Of a DNA stretch of 64,000 nucleotides, positions 20,540-30,155 are shown one piece after another (position 1 is the first letter of the stretch; every line of letters begins with the position of its first letter). Source of the stretch: Spirochaetota bacterium (GTDB taxonomy: Bacteria; Spirochaetota; UBA4802; JAFGDQ01); assembly GCA_043803405.1 (NCBI GenBank), contig JAZDKB010000019.1, positions 256,001-320,000 on the forward strand, in the 5' to 3' direction. The notes beneath the pieces were generated by a model. That model worked only from the letters and a program-made list of their open reading frames with translations. It did not search any database and was not told the DNA's origin. Position numbers and translations under genes: made by a program.

Positions 20540-21364
20540 ATGGCAAAGATTGTAAAAAGGAAAGATCTGGCAGCTGAAGTAGTTTTAATGGAACTTGAAG
20601 CTCCGGAAATAGCCAAAAAGCGCAAGCCGGGTCAATTCATTATTCTGCGTGTTAATGAGCAGGGGGAAAGGATCCCGCTCACAATTGCCGATTCGGATCC
20701 GGATGCAGGCACAATTACAATTATATTTCAGGTGGTCGGAAAAACCACTATGCAGTTAAGGGATCTGCGCGTTGGCGATCAGGTTGCTGATCTGGCCGGC
20801 CCCCTGGGCACTGCGACACATATTAAGAATTTCGGGACTGCGGTTACGATCGGCGGCGGTGTGGGGACCGCGGTAATTTATCCGATTGCAATGGGTTTAA
20901 AAAAGGCCGGGAATAATCTTGTTTCAATTATAGGGGCGCGCACAAAAAGTCTGCTGATCCTCACTGAAGAGATGGAAAAGATCAGCAACCGCCTGGTAGT
21001 AGCAACGGACGACGGCAGTTTCGGCGTACACGGATTTGTTACGGACGTATTAAAACAGGTAATGAACGAAGGAGTAAAACCGGATATTATTTATGCCATT
21101 GGGCCATTGCCCATGATGAAAGCCGTGGCAAACGTAACCAGGCCTCTGGGCATTAAAACAATTGTCAGCCTTAATCCGATAATGATAGACGGCACTGGAA
21201 TGTGCGGCGGCTGCAGGGTGAGCGTAAAGGGACAGACAAAGTTTGCATGTGTTGACGGGCCGGAATTCGACGCTCACGAAGTAGACTTCGATAATCTCGG
21301 CCAGAGATTAAAAGTCTATAACGAACAGGAAAAGGAATCCTGCAGGATTTTCGGCAAAGGTTAA
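20540..21364 (+). CDS. nfnA: NfnA-like FAD/NAD-binding 2Fe-2S subunit (electron-bifurcating transhydrogenase)
   Basis: PGQFII, ERIPLTI, GGGVG and DGTGMCGGCR...FACVDGPEF. Confidence 0.85.
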   Translation: MAKIVKRKDLAAEVVLMELEAPEIAKKRKPGQFIILRVNEQGERIPLTIADSDPDAGTITIIFQVVGKTTMQLRDLRVGDQVADLAGPLGTATHIKNFGTAVTIGGGVGTAVIYPIAMGLKKAGNNLVSIIGARTKSLLILTEEMEKISNRLVVATDDGSFGVHGFVTDVLKQVMNEGVKPDIIYAIGPLPMMKAVANVTRPLGIKTIVSLNPIMIDGTGMCGGCRVSVKGQTKFACVDGPEFDAHEVDFDNLGQRLKVYNEQEKESCRIFGKG

Positions 21365-21431
21365 AATAATATCATAAAAATTATTTTTTAATTACTAATA
21401 ATAAATTTAGAAAAGTCTAAGGAGAATATAA

Positions 21432-22859
21432 ATGGTTGCTGAACAAAAGGAAACTAAACCCAAGAAGGAACGCATACCCAGGCAGGCCATGCCTGAGCAG
21501 AAGCCTGAGGTTAGAAAAAGAAATTTTGACGAGGTTCCATTCGGTTATACGCCTGAACTTGCTCAGAAGGAAGCGGCACGCTGCCTGCAATGCAAAAAAC
21601 CGAAATGCGTTGAGGGATGCCCTGTAAATATTTACATACCTGATTTTATTAAGCTGATTGCTGAAGGAAAATTCACGGAATCTGCACGTAAGATAAAAGA
21701 AGAGAACGCTCTGCCTGCAGTTTGCGGCCGTGTATGTCCGCAGGAAGTTCAATGTGAAGGCCTGTGCATACTGGGCGCTAAAGGCAAAGATAAACCTGTG
21801 GCTATTGGAAATCTTGAAAGATTCGCAGCAGACTGGGAAAGAGATCATAAGGAAGTCACTGTTCCCAACATACAAAAATCCACAGGCAAACGCATTGCGG
21901 TGGTCGGTTCCGGGCCTGCCGGCCTTACTGTTGCAGGCGAGCTTAGAAAGTTAGGGCACGAAGTGACAGTATTTGAAGCTCTGCATAAATCCGGCGGAGT
22001 TCTTGTTTACGGGATCCCGGAATTTCGTCTGCCTAAAGCAATTGTTCAGTCCGAGGTTGATTACCTGAGCAAGATGGGCATTAAAGTAGTAAATAATTAC
22101 ATAGTAGGCAACACGCGCACTGTTGATGAGCTTTTTGCCGACGGTTATGACGCTATATTCGTAGGCGCCGGCGCCGGCGCCCCGATGTTTCTGAATATAC
22201 CGGGCGAAAACCTGAACGGCGTGTTTTCTGCAAACGAATATCTTACCCGTTCGAACCTGATGAAAGCGTATAAGTTCCCTGAATATGATACGCCTATCAT
22301 CAAAGGCAAACGCGTTGCGACAATAGGCGGCGGAAATGTCGCTATGGATTCTGCGAGAACAGCGCTTCGTCTGGGAGCCGAAGAATCGTACATTGTGTAC
22401 AGAAGATCTATGGACGAGCTGCCTGCGCGTATTGCTGAAATTCACCATGCGGAGCAGGAAGGCATCAATTTCAAAATTCTTACTCTGCCTACAAAGATTT
22501 TGGGCGACGAGAGAGGATTCGTGAAAGGCATGGAGTGCCTGAGAATGGAACTCGGCGAACCGGATGAATCCGGCCGCAGACGTCCCGTGCCTGTTAAGGG
22601 TTCGGAATTTATTATCGATGTCGATACTGTTGTTGTAGCGATCGGGAATACTCCGAATCCGCTAATTCCTTCCACTACTCCGGATATTAAAACCACGAAA
22701 CATGGTACAATTATCACCCAGGAAGGAACAGGCGGCCTTACGACAAAACCGAAAGTCTATGCAGGAGGCGACGTTGTTACAGGCGCTGCCACGGTTATTC
22801 TGGCTATGGGCGCAGGCAAAATAGCTGCAAAGGCTATTGATGATATGCTTAAATCATAA
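21432..22859 (+). CDS. nfnB: NfnB-like subunit (GltD/glutamate synthase small-chain family)
   Basis: RCLQC..P.C..GCP, CGRVCPQE.QCE, GSGPAG, YGIPEFRLP and GGGNVAMD; paired with nfnA. Confidence 0.85.
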   Translation: MVAEQKETKPKKERIPRQAMPEQKPEVRKRNFDEVPFGYTPELAQKEAARCLQCKKPKCVEGCPVNIYIPDFIKLIAEGKFTESARKIKEENALPAVCGRVCPQEVQCEGLCILGAKGKDKPVAIGNLERFAADWERDHKEVTVPNIQKSTGKRIAVVGSGPAGLTVAGELRKLGHEVTVFEALHKSGGVLVYGIPEFRLPKAIVQSEVDYLSKMGIKVVNNYIVGNTRTVDELFADGYDAIFVGAGAGAPMFLNIPGENLNGVFSANEYLTRSNLMKAYKFPEYDTPIIKGKRVATIGGGNVAMDSARTALRLGAEESYIVYRRSMDELPARIAEIHHAEQEGINFKILTLPTKILGDERGFVKGMECLRMELGEPDESGRRRPVPVKGSEFIIDVDTVVVAIGNTPNPLIPSTTPDIKTTKHGTIITQEGTGGLTTKPKVYAGGDVVTGAATVILAMGAGKIAAKAIDDMLKS

Positions 22860-22883
22860 CGGAAAAACTAAATAGTTTTATAC

Positions 22884-22921
22884 AAAAAAACCTTCCGGGT
22901 ATTATTCCGGAAGGTTTTTTT
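22884..22921. terminator. Bidirectional intrinsic terminator
   Basis: A7-CCTTCCGG...CCGGAAGG-T7 between convergent genes. Confidence 0.9.
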
Positions 22922-22945
22922 ATTATTAAGTTTTCGAATTGGTTT

Positions 22946-24286
22946 TTATAATATCTTTTCAGGATTTTCATGATTCCAGTCATACATCTTTGCGGATTTT
23001 ATTCCGTCGCCTTCGTTGCAGAAAAACATGCCTATTATGCCGATTACAAAAAATACTCCGGTTGCAAGGATTGCGAAGCGCTGGTTTCCGTCTGTTGCCA
23101 GCACTAAGAGCCCGAATGTCATTGGCCCGATTATGGCGCCGATTTTGCCGGCAAGTCCCCAGAAGCCGAAAAACTCGCCGGACTTGGATTCGGGCGAGAA
23201 AAGCCCTACCATTGCCCTTGACGCGCTCTGTGTTGAACCGAGGGCCAGTCCCGCAATATTGGCCAGCATCCAGAAGCTGTTTTTCGTGTAAGCAAAATAC
23301 GCCCACGTTACGGTTGCCAGCCATAACAGCAGGGTAATTATTATTGTCTTTTTTGAGCCTATCTTATCCTGTATAAAACCGAAAATAAATGCCCCGACCG
23401 AAGCAGTCACATTTACAATAATAATAAGAATAATATTTTCTTCAATAGTGAAATCCAGAACATGGACTGCATAAATTGCAGCGAATGTAATTACTACCAT
23501 TACACCCGAATTAAAAATCAGGAAAATGATAAGAAATTTTATCAGCTCTTTAAATTGTTTTACGCTTTGATAAGTTTCGTGAAGGCGTTTAAATCCTATT
23601 GTAAAATAATTATAATCCTGCGGCATTTTTTCCGTGCACTTTCGTTCTTTTAACCACAGAAAAGTCGGGATAGCTCCAAGGCCGAAAAATGCGGCAGAGA
23701 CGAGAGCTGAAAGTCTTATCGGCAGGGTTTTATCATTAAGATCTTTCATAAATAGTATCAACGCCAGACAGCAGCCGAGTGATAAAAGCCCTCCCCAGTA
23801 ACCGAATGACCAGGCATAACCAGATACTTTACCCATATCTTCCCTGTCTGCAAGCTCTGGTAGAAATGCAGAGGCGAAATTTTCTCCTGAGGCAAAACCG
23901 AAATTCGATATTATGATAAGTATAATGGCAGGCACTATGTCCCCTTCCTTAATAAAAAATAAAAAAGAAGTAAATGTCACGCAGAGCAAATAGGAAGCGA
24001 AAAGAAATTTTTTCTTGGAGCCTGAAAAATCCGCTATGGCTCCCAGAATGGGCCCTGTAAGAATGACAAGGAAATAGGATATCGGGATAGCAACGCTTCC
24101 CCACAAAAATTCCCCGTATCCTTTGCCGAATAATTCTTCCGAAACGACTACGGTTACAAAGTAAGCATTGAAAACAGCAGTGATTATAATAGTAGTAAAT
24201 GACGAGTTTGCGAAATCGAACATACACCATCCGAAAATTTCTTTTGCTGTAGATTTTAATGGATTATTGCTTTTGTTTTTTATCAT
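22946..24286 (-). CDS. MFS transporter (UMF1/Atg22-like family)
   Basis: WCMFDFANS, PILGAIAD, GKVSGYAWSFGY.G and QSASRA; about 12 TM. Confidence 0.88.
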   Translation of the reverse strand: MIKNKSNNPLKSTAKEIFGWCMFDFANSSFTTIIITAVFNAYFVTVVVSEELFGKGYGEFLWGSVAIPISYFLVILTGPILGAIADFSGSKKKFLFASYLLCVTFTSFLFFIKEGDIVPAIILIIISNFGFASGENFASAFLPELADREDMGKVSGYAWSFGYWGGLLSLGCCLALILFMKDLNDKTLPIRLSALVSAAFFGLGAIPTFLWLKERKCTEKMPQDYNYFTIGFKRLHETYQSVKQFKELIKFLIIFLIFNSGVMVVITFAAIYAVHVLDFTIEENIILIIIVNVTASVGAFIFGFIQDKIGSKKTIIITLLLWLATVTWAYFAYTKNSFWMLANIAGLALGSTQSASRAMVGLFSPESKSGEFFGFWGLAGKIGAIIGPMTFGLLVLATDGNQRFAILATGVFFVIGIIGMFFCNEGDGIKSAKMYDWNHENPEKIL

Positions 24287-24494
24287 GACGGATTTCTATT
24301 TAATTGAAACTTTCTCCTTCGAATTGGCAGATTGATTTTATAAAAACCGGATAATTGAAAGATAATCGAGATAAGTGCATAATATTGCAACAACTTCTTT
24401 CTATAGCAGATAATTAAAAACTTGACAATATTATTAATTATTTTATGAGTCTATATATAGAAACAAATATTATTTTATTTAACCTGTATACTTT

Positions 24495-24773
24495 ATGAAA
24501 CAAATAAAAGAAATAGCCCGCGTGCTTGCGGTTACGGAAGATGAAAAAATAATCGAAAAATTCCTCCTAAGCCTTTTAACAAATAATGAAATCAAGGAAA
24601 TTTCTTCGAGATGGGAGCTTGTGCGGCTTCTTGATCTTGGTTTTAGCCAGAGAAAAATATCGGAGAGACTCGGCTTAAGTTTGTGTAAGATTACGCGCGG
24701 TTCAAAAGAATTAAAGAAAAAAATTTCTGCATTTAAATATATGATAGATATTCGCAATAAACTGTTTAACTAA
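24495..24773 (+). CDS. trpR: Trp repressor-like protein (TrpR/YerC family)
   Basis: LLT..E......RW, SQRKIS..LGLSLCKITRGS..LK; directly upstream of trpB2. Confidence 0.8.
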   Translation: MKQIKEIARVLAVTEDEKIIEKFLLSLLTNNEIKEISSRWELVRLLDLGFSQRKISERLGLSLCKITRGSKELKKKISAFKYMIDIRNKLFN

Positions 24774-24928
24774 TCCAATAAGTTAGTTCAGCCGGTTCTA
24801 TAATTAAAAATCATTTATAAGCCTGTATCAGCAGAAAAGTTATTATTTATTATATATTGAAAAAATATCTGCCGGGTAGGCTATATGACAAGTCATATAG
24901 CAAAAATTAAAATTACTATGAGGTCAAT

Positions 24929-26434
24929 ATGAAATCCAAATCAAAATCAACAAAAACAAAAGCAGTAAAAACAAAAACAAAAGCAAAATTAAAAGCAATA
25001 TCGAAAACGACATCTGTAAAAATTAAACCGAAAACAAACGTAAATACAGGCACAAAGGTTTTTTTAAACGAAAGCGATATACCGCGTAAATGGTATAACC
25101 TGGCAGCTGATCTTCCCAGTCCCATGCAGCCTCCATTAGGCCCGGACGGGAAACCGGTTACTCCTGATATGCTTGCTCCTGTTTTCCCGATGAACCTGAT
25201 TGAGCAGGAAGTCAGCCAGGAGAGGTGGATAAACATTCCGCAGGGCGTGCTGGAACTTCTGTACAGGTGGAGGCCATCGCCGCTTCAGAGGGCAATACAT
25301 CTTGAAAGGGCTCTCGGCACTCCGGCAAGGATTTATTTCAAGAACGAAAGCCTTTCGCCTGCCGGCAGCCATAAGCCGAATACCGCTGTGGCGCAGGCCT
25401 GGTACAATAAAGAGTTCGGCATTAAAAGGCTCACTACGGAAACAGGCGCAGGCCAGTGGGGGAGCGCTTTGTCGTTCGCGTGCTCGCTGGTAGGCCTTGA
25501 ATGCAAAGTCTTTATGGTGCGCATCAGCTTTGAGCAGAAGCCGTACAGAAAGATGATGATGCAGGTATGGGGCGGTAAATGCATACCCAGCCCGAGCACT
25601 GAGACACAGGCAGGCCGCGATATACTTGCAAAAGATCCGAATACGCCGGGAAGCCTTGGCATAGCTATAAGCGAGGCTGTTGAAGCTGCGGTCACTGATC
25701 CGACCGGGCAGACCAGATATGCACTGGGCAGCGTGCTGAACCACGTTATGCTTCATCAGACTATAATCGGGCTCGAGGCGCAAAAGCAGCTTAAAATGTT
25801 CGGCGAAAAGAAGCCGGATATTGTAATAGGATGCGCTGGCGGGGGAAGCAATTTTGCAGGCTTGTCTTTTCCGTTTGCAAACGACAAGATTCACGGTGCT
25901 AAGATAGAAATTATACCTGTAGAACCGGCATCATGCCCCACATTGACCAGGGCAAAATTTGTGTACGATCACGGCGATGTTGCAAAAATGACGCCGCTTT
26001 TGGCTATGTATTCCCTGGGACACAGCTTTATTCCTGAACCGATACATGCCGGCGGGCTGCGCTATCACGGCATGTCCCCGCTGGTTTCACAGGCCGTTGT
26101 TGAAGGCCTCATGACCCCAATGGCTATTGCGCAGAACGAATGTTTTGAAGCTGCGCTTACATTCGCCAAAACAGAAGGCATAATTGTTGCTCCTGAAACA
26201 AGCCACGCTGTCGCAGCAGTGATCAGAAAAGCAAAGGAAGCCAAAGAAGAGGGAAAATCAAAAGTGATCATATTTAATCTGAGCGGACACGGGCTTCTGG
26301 ATCTTGCGGGTTATGAGAAATATATGTCCGGGCAGCTTGCGGATCACGAAATGTCACAGGAAGAAGTTAATAACGCGATGAGCGAACTTGAAGGACTTCC
26401 GAAGCCGGCTATTAATAAAACAGGAAAATGGTAG
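24929..26434 (+). CDS. trpB2: Tryptophan synthase beta chain, TrpB2 type, with Lys/Thr-rich N-terminal extension
   Basis: [44 protein letters not shown] and NLSGHG. Confidence 0.92.
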   Translation: MKSKSKSTKTKAVKTKTKAKLKAISKTTSVKIKPKTNVNTGTKVFLNESDIPRKWYNLAADLPSPMQPPLGPDGKPVTPDMLAPVFPMNLIEQEVSQERWINIPQGVLELLYRWRPSPLQRAIHLERALGTPARIYFKNESLSPAGSHKPNTAVAQAWYNKEFGIKRLTTETGAGQWGSALSFACSLVGLECKVFMVRISFEQKPYRKMMMQVWGGKCIPSPSTETQAGRDILAKDPNTPGSLGIAISEAVEAAVTDPTGQTRYALGSVLNHVMLHQTIIGLEAQKQLKMFGEKKPDIVIGCAGGGSNFAGLSFPFANDKIHGAKIEIIPVEPASCPTLTRAKFVYDHGDVAKMTPLLAMYSLGHSFIPEPIHAGGLRYHGMSPLVSQAVVEGLMTPMAIAQNECFEAALTFAKTEGIIVAPETSHAVAAVIRKAKEAKEEGKSKVIIFNLSGHGLLDLAGYEKYMSGQLADHEMSQEEVNNAMSELEGLPKPAINKTGKW

Positions 26435-26448
26435 TTTAAGGATAATAT

Positions 26449-28197
26449 ATGCGTCTTTCAAGATTTGTTTTACCGACCATGAAGGAAGATCCTTCGGATG
26501 CTGTTATATCGAGCCATAAGCTTATGATGAGGTCAGGGCTTATAAGAAAAGAGTCGGCAGGGATGTACATTTATCTTCCTCTCGGGTTCAGGGTATTGAG
26601 CAAGATAATAAATATTGTAAGAGAGGAAATGAACAGGGCAGGGGCTCTCGAATTTTTAATGCCGGAACTGACAAATGCGGACTTATGGAAGGAGTCCGGC
26701 AGATGGGAGACCATGGGCCCGGAAATGATAAGGATAAAGGACAGGAACGGGCTTGAGTATGTTCTTGCGCCCACGCACGAGGAAGCGTTTACATCTGCAG
26801 TCCGTTCGGTCATTTCATCCTACAGGGATCTGCCGCTGAATGCTTACCAGATAAACACAAAATTCCGCGACGAGATAAGGCCGAGATTCGGCGTTATGAG
26901 AAGCAAGGAATTTATAATGAAGGACGCATACTCGTTCGACATAGACGAGGCAGGACTGGAAGAATCCTATCAGACAATGAGAAAGACTTACAGGCGCATA
27001 TTCGAGCGGTGCGGACTTGAAACGATTCCTGTTCAGGCGGACACTGGCAGCATGGGAGGGAGCAACTCCGAGGAGTTCATGGTTGCTTCCGAAGTGGGCG
27101 AGGAAGCGCTGCTCTTATGCAAATCCTGCGAGTACAAGGCAAACCAGGAACGCGCCGAATATAAGAGAACTGTTCAGAAGAATACCGAACCTGCCTGCAA
27201 TCTTGAAACAGTCGATACCCCAAATGTAAGAACGATCGATGAACTTGCGGCTTTTTTCAACTGCTCTGCTGACAGATTTTTAAAAAGCATAATTTACCTG
27301 GCAGATAATAAGCCGGTAATGGCTGTAGTACCCGGAAGCAGGGAGATAAACGAGCTTAAGCTGAAGAATCATCTTCATGCAAATGAGCTGGAGCTTGCTC
27401 CGAATAATATAGTAGAGGAAGTAACGTCTGCGCCTGTCGGTTTTGCGGGCCCGGTCAATAAATTTAATATCAGAACAATATTCGATATTTCCGTTAAAGA
27501 TATAGCCAACGGAATAACAGGAGCAAATATTGCCGATAAGCATTATAAAAACGTAAACCCCGGAAGAGATTTCAGTATTAAGGACGAAGCCGATATAACT
27601 GTTGCTATGGAAGGCGATATGTGCCCGAAATGCGGTCAGCCCATGACAGTCAAAAGGGGAATTGAAGTCGGTCATATTTTTAAGCTTGGATACAAGTACA
27701 CAAAGTCGATGAACCTTACTGTGCTTGATCAGAACAGCAGGGAGATCCATCCGATTATGGGCTGCTACGGTATAGGCATTAACAGGACATTCGCAGCTGT
27801 CATTGAGCAGAACAATGATGAACGCGGCATTGTGTGGCCGTTATCTGTTGCGCCGTATCACATTCATCTTATCGGTATTGCCAAAACCGATGAAGAAATA
27901 AAGAGTGTTAATGAGATATATTCGAGTATACAGGATGCCGGTATAGATGTAATATACGACGACAGAAAAGCGAGCCCCGGCTACAAGTTTGCGGATGCAG
28001 ACCTTGTAGGCATTCCTGTCCGGGTCACAATCGGTAAAAATTATTTTACAAATAAAGAAATAGAGATTAAACTCAGGAGTTCGGGCGAGCTTAAAAAGAT
28101 CACCGGAGAAAATTTTATTACCTTTTTGAAGGATTTTAAAAGCTTAATCCAAAATAAAGGCATTTCTGTCCGACAAATATTTGAAAAACTAAAATAG
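26449..28197 (+). CDS. proS: Proline--tRNA ligase (bacterial type with editing domain)
   Basis: LAPTHEE, FRDEIRPRFGVMR, IEVGHIFKLG and MGCYGIG. Confidence 0.97.
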   Translation: MRLSRFVLPTMKEDPSDAVISSHKLMMRSGLIRKESAGMYIYLPLGFRVLSKIINIVREEMNRAGALEFLMPELTNADLWKESGRWETMGPEMIRIKDRNGLEYVLAPTHEEAFTSAVRSVISSYRDLPLNAYQINTKFRDEIRPRFGVMRSKEFIMKDAYSFDIDEAGLEESYQTMRKTYRRIFERCGLETIPVQADTGSMGGSNSEEFMVASEVGEEALLLCKSCEYKANQERAEYKRTVQKNTEPACNLETVDTPNVRTIDELAAFFNCSADRFLKSIIYLADNKPVMAVVPGSREINELKLKNHLHANELELAPNNIVEEVTSAPVGFAGPVNKFNIRTIFDISVKDIANGITGANIADKHYKNVNPGRDFSIKDEADITVAMEGDMCPKCGQPMTVKRGIEVGHIFKLGYKYTKSMNLTVLDQNSREIHPIMGCYGIGINRTFAAVIEQNNDERGIVWPLSVAPYHIHLIGIAKTDEEIKSVNEIYSSIQDAGIDVIYDDRKASPGYKFADADLVGIPVRVTIGKNYFTNKEIEIKLRSSGELKKITGENFITFLKDFKSLIQNKGISVRQIFEKLK

Positions 28198-28273
28198 TTG
28201 ATTTATATTAAAACTGCTACCTGCTGCAACAGTTAAAAAGATAAAATTAAACCGGTATTTGTATTTTTTTTAA

Positions 28274-28302
28274 TTGACGCAAAATACGTGTATATTTATT
28301 CT
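28274..28302 (+). promoter_or_regulatory. Sigma70-type promoter for the tRNA pair
   Basis: TTGACG-N17-TATTCT, 12 nt before tRNA-Pro. Confidence 0.6.
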
Positions 28303-28314
28303 CAACTTTCTTAA

Positions 28315-28388
28315 CGGGGCGTGGCGCAGCCCGGTAGCGCATCTGGTTTGGGACCAGAGAGTCGGAGGTTCAAATCCTCTCGCCCCGA
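28315..28388 (+). tRNA. tRNA-Pro (TGG), CCA not encoded
   Basis: Acceptor CGGGGCG/CGCCCCG, anticodon arm TCTGG-TTTGGGA-CCAGA, T-loop TTCAAAT. Confidence 0.95.
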
Positions 28389-28401
28389 AATTGTGAATTG
28401 T

Positions 28402-28475
28402 GCGCCAGTAGCTCAGCTGGATAGAGCAACAGCCTTCTAAGTTGTAGGTCACAGGTTCGAACCCTGTCTGGCGCG
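28402..28475 (+). tRNA. tRNA-Arg (TCT), CCA not encoded
   Basis: Acceptor GCGCCAG/CTGGCGC, anticodon loop CTTCTAA, T-loop TTCGAAC. Confidence 0.95.
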
Positions 28476-28671
28476 ATTACAAAAATCGCCTTCCTTAACT
28501 GCATACCGAAGTCAATTACTATTTCTTTAAAATATTTTGTTGCTAATTTTATTTGTTAAATATAGTATGATATGCTTTTTAAATATTTATTATAAAAAAG
28601 CTTTAACGCGTTTTGGATAGTATGCTGATTTAAATGCGGCATATAGATCACTTTAAAACAGGATATTATAT

Positions 28672-29871
28672 ATGCAACAAAAAGGTAAAAAAGTCGGGAT
28701 TTTGTTTTCAGGCGGACCGGCGCCGAGCGCTAACACTGTAATTTCATCTACAGCGCTGAATTTTCTGGACAGCCATGTGCCCGTGATCGGCATTTTTAAA
28801 GGCTATGAATATCTTCAGGATTTTAATGTCGATTCACCCGATCTTCAGTTAAGGAAAGACATCCATTATACGGATATTACATACGACATTAGCCAGGTTA
28901 GAAATGACAGGGGAATTTACCTTAAAACTTCCAGGGCTAACCCGGGCAAAAATATAGAGAAGCTGGAAGATTTAAAAGATAAAGAAAAAAGTAAAAAGCT
29001 TAAGAATATAATCGACGCTTTTGAGCATCTCAGGATTGAGGCTTTGATCTCAATAGGCGGCGACGATACACTAAAGACGGCTAATTTCCTGTGTAATATG
29101 GAATTTCCTGTGATACATATTCCGAAAACAATTGATAATGACTATTTCGGAATTCCCTGGACTTTCGGATACTGGACTGCTGTGGATACGGCGCAGAAAA
29201 TAATGCTAAACCTAAAAGCGGACGCCCAGGCTACGGAGAGCTTTTATATTGTAGAGCTTATGGGCAGAAAAGCCGGCTGGATAACTTATGCTGCCGGTAT
29301 CGCTTCAGAAGCAATTATGATGCTTTCGAGCGAAGATATCGAAGGGACTGAACTCGATGTGGAAAAAATAAGCGAGAAAATAGCGGATGTAATACTGAAC
29401 CGGAAGAAAAAAGAAAAGCCTTACGGGATCATTGCAGTCTCGGAGGGGCTGGCAGACAAACTCCCCGAAGGCCTTCTGCCTAAGGAAGTTGACAGGCACG
29501 GCAATGTTATGTTCGGCAAAGCGAATATATCAAGATTTCTGGCAAATAAAGTAACCAATAAGTATAAAGAGAGAACAGGCTCCGAAATAAAAATAATTGC
29601 AAAACAGATAGGATACGAAACTCGCGCCAGTTCGCCTATCAGTTTCGATGTGGTTTTAGGAAGCATGCTTGGTTACGGAGCCTATAAATTCTACACTGAA
29701 AAAAAATTCGGAGTAATGGTTTCGGTAAACGACAATTTTGACCTTGTAGCAGTGCCTTTTAAGGAACTTATCGATCCTGTAACGCTGAAGACAAAGCTGC
29801 GCAGCGTTCCCAAAGGAAGCGACTTCTATACACTGAAGGAAAATTTATCTTTCAGAAGACTATGGCAATAA
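28672..29871 (+). CDS. 6-phosphofructokinase, probably pyrophosphate-dependent
   Basis: SGGPAP, GGDDT, PKTIDND, ELMGR..G and GYETR. Confidence 0.88.
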   Translation: MQQKGKKVGILFSGGPAPSANTVISSTALNFLDSHVPVIGIFKGYEYLQDFNVDSPDLQLRKDIHYTDITYDISQVRNDRGIYLKTSRANPGKNIEKLEDLKDKEKSKKLKNIIDAFEHLRIEALISIGGDDTLKTANFLCNMEFPVIHIPKTIDNDYFGIPWTFGYWTAVDTAQKIMLNLKADAQATESFYIVELMGRKAGWITYAAGIASEAIMMLSSEDIEGTELDVEKISEKIADVILNRKKKEKPYGIIAVSEGLADKLPEGLLPKEVDRHGNVMFGKANISRFLANKVTNKYKERTGSEIKIIAKQIGYETRASSPISFDVVLGSMLGYGAYKFYTEKKFGVMVSVNDNFDLVAVPFKELIDPVTLKTKLRSVPKGSDFYTLKENLSFRRLWQ

Positions 29872-29886
29872 AGATCTGCTTATAAT

Positions 29887-29932
29887 TATTGTCTCGTATT
29901 ACGATTTAACAACAGGTTTTGGGATGCACTCT
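29887..29932. repeat. 46-bp dispersed repeat, subfamily C copy 1
   Basis: 40/46 identical to 49797-49842; both lie just after a stop codon. Confidence 0.75.
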
Positions 29933-30046
29933 AAGTAATGTCCGTCATTAGCAAATAGCAGTTGAGCAGGTATTCTGTTTTGATTATTTAAACAAGCATA
30001 ATGATTGTTTAAAAATTAATGTATAATAATATCATGTTGTGAGCAG

Positions 30047-30075
30047 ATCTCCCCGTATGGGGAGATATTTTTTTT
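30047..30075 (+). terminator. Intrinsic terminator between pfk and carB
   Basis: ATCTCCCC-GTAT-GGGGAGAT followed by a T run. Confidence 0.75.
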
Positions 30076-30155
30076 ACTTGATTAAATATTGTTGTTAAAA
30101 TTATTCTCTCTTTATATTTTGTCATAATAATCGGGAAATATGTGTTAATAAGCAA

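Noticed and set aside
21432..22859. Glutamate synthase
   Set aside because: No large subunit gltB is adjacent; pairing with the FAD/2Fe-2S gene fits NfnAB.
28270..28452. 60-aa minus-strand ORF
   Set aside because: Antisense to two tRNA genes.
29940..30155. PyrR-binding attenuator upstream of carB
   Set aside because: No PyrR binding-loop consensus seen; only a simple terminator hairpin.
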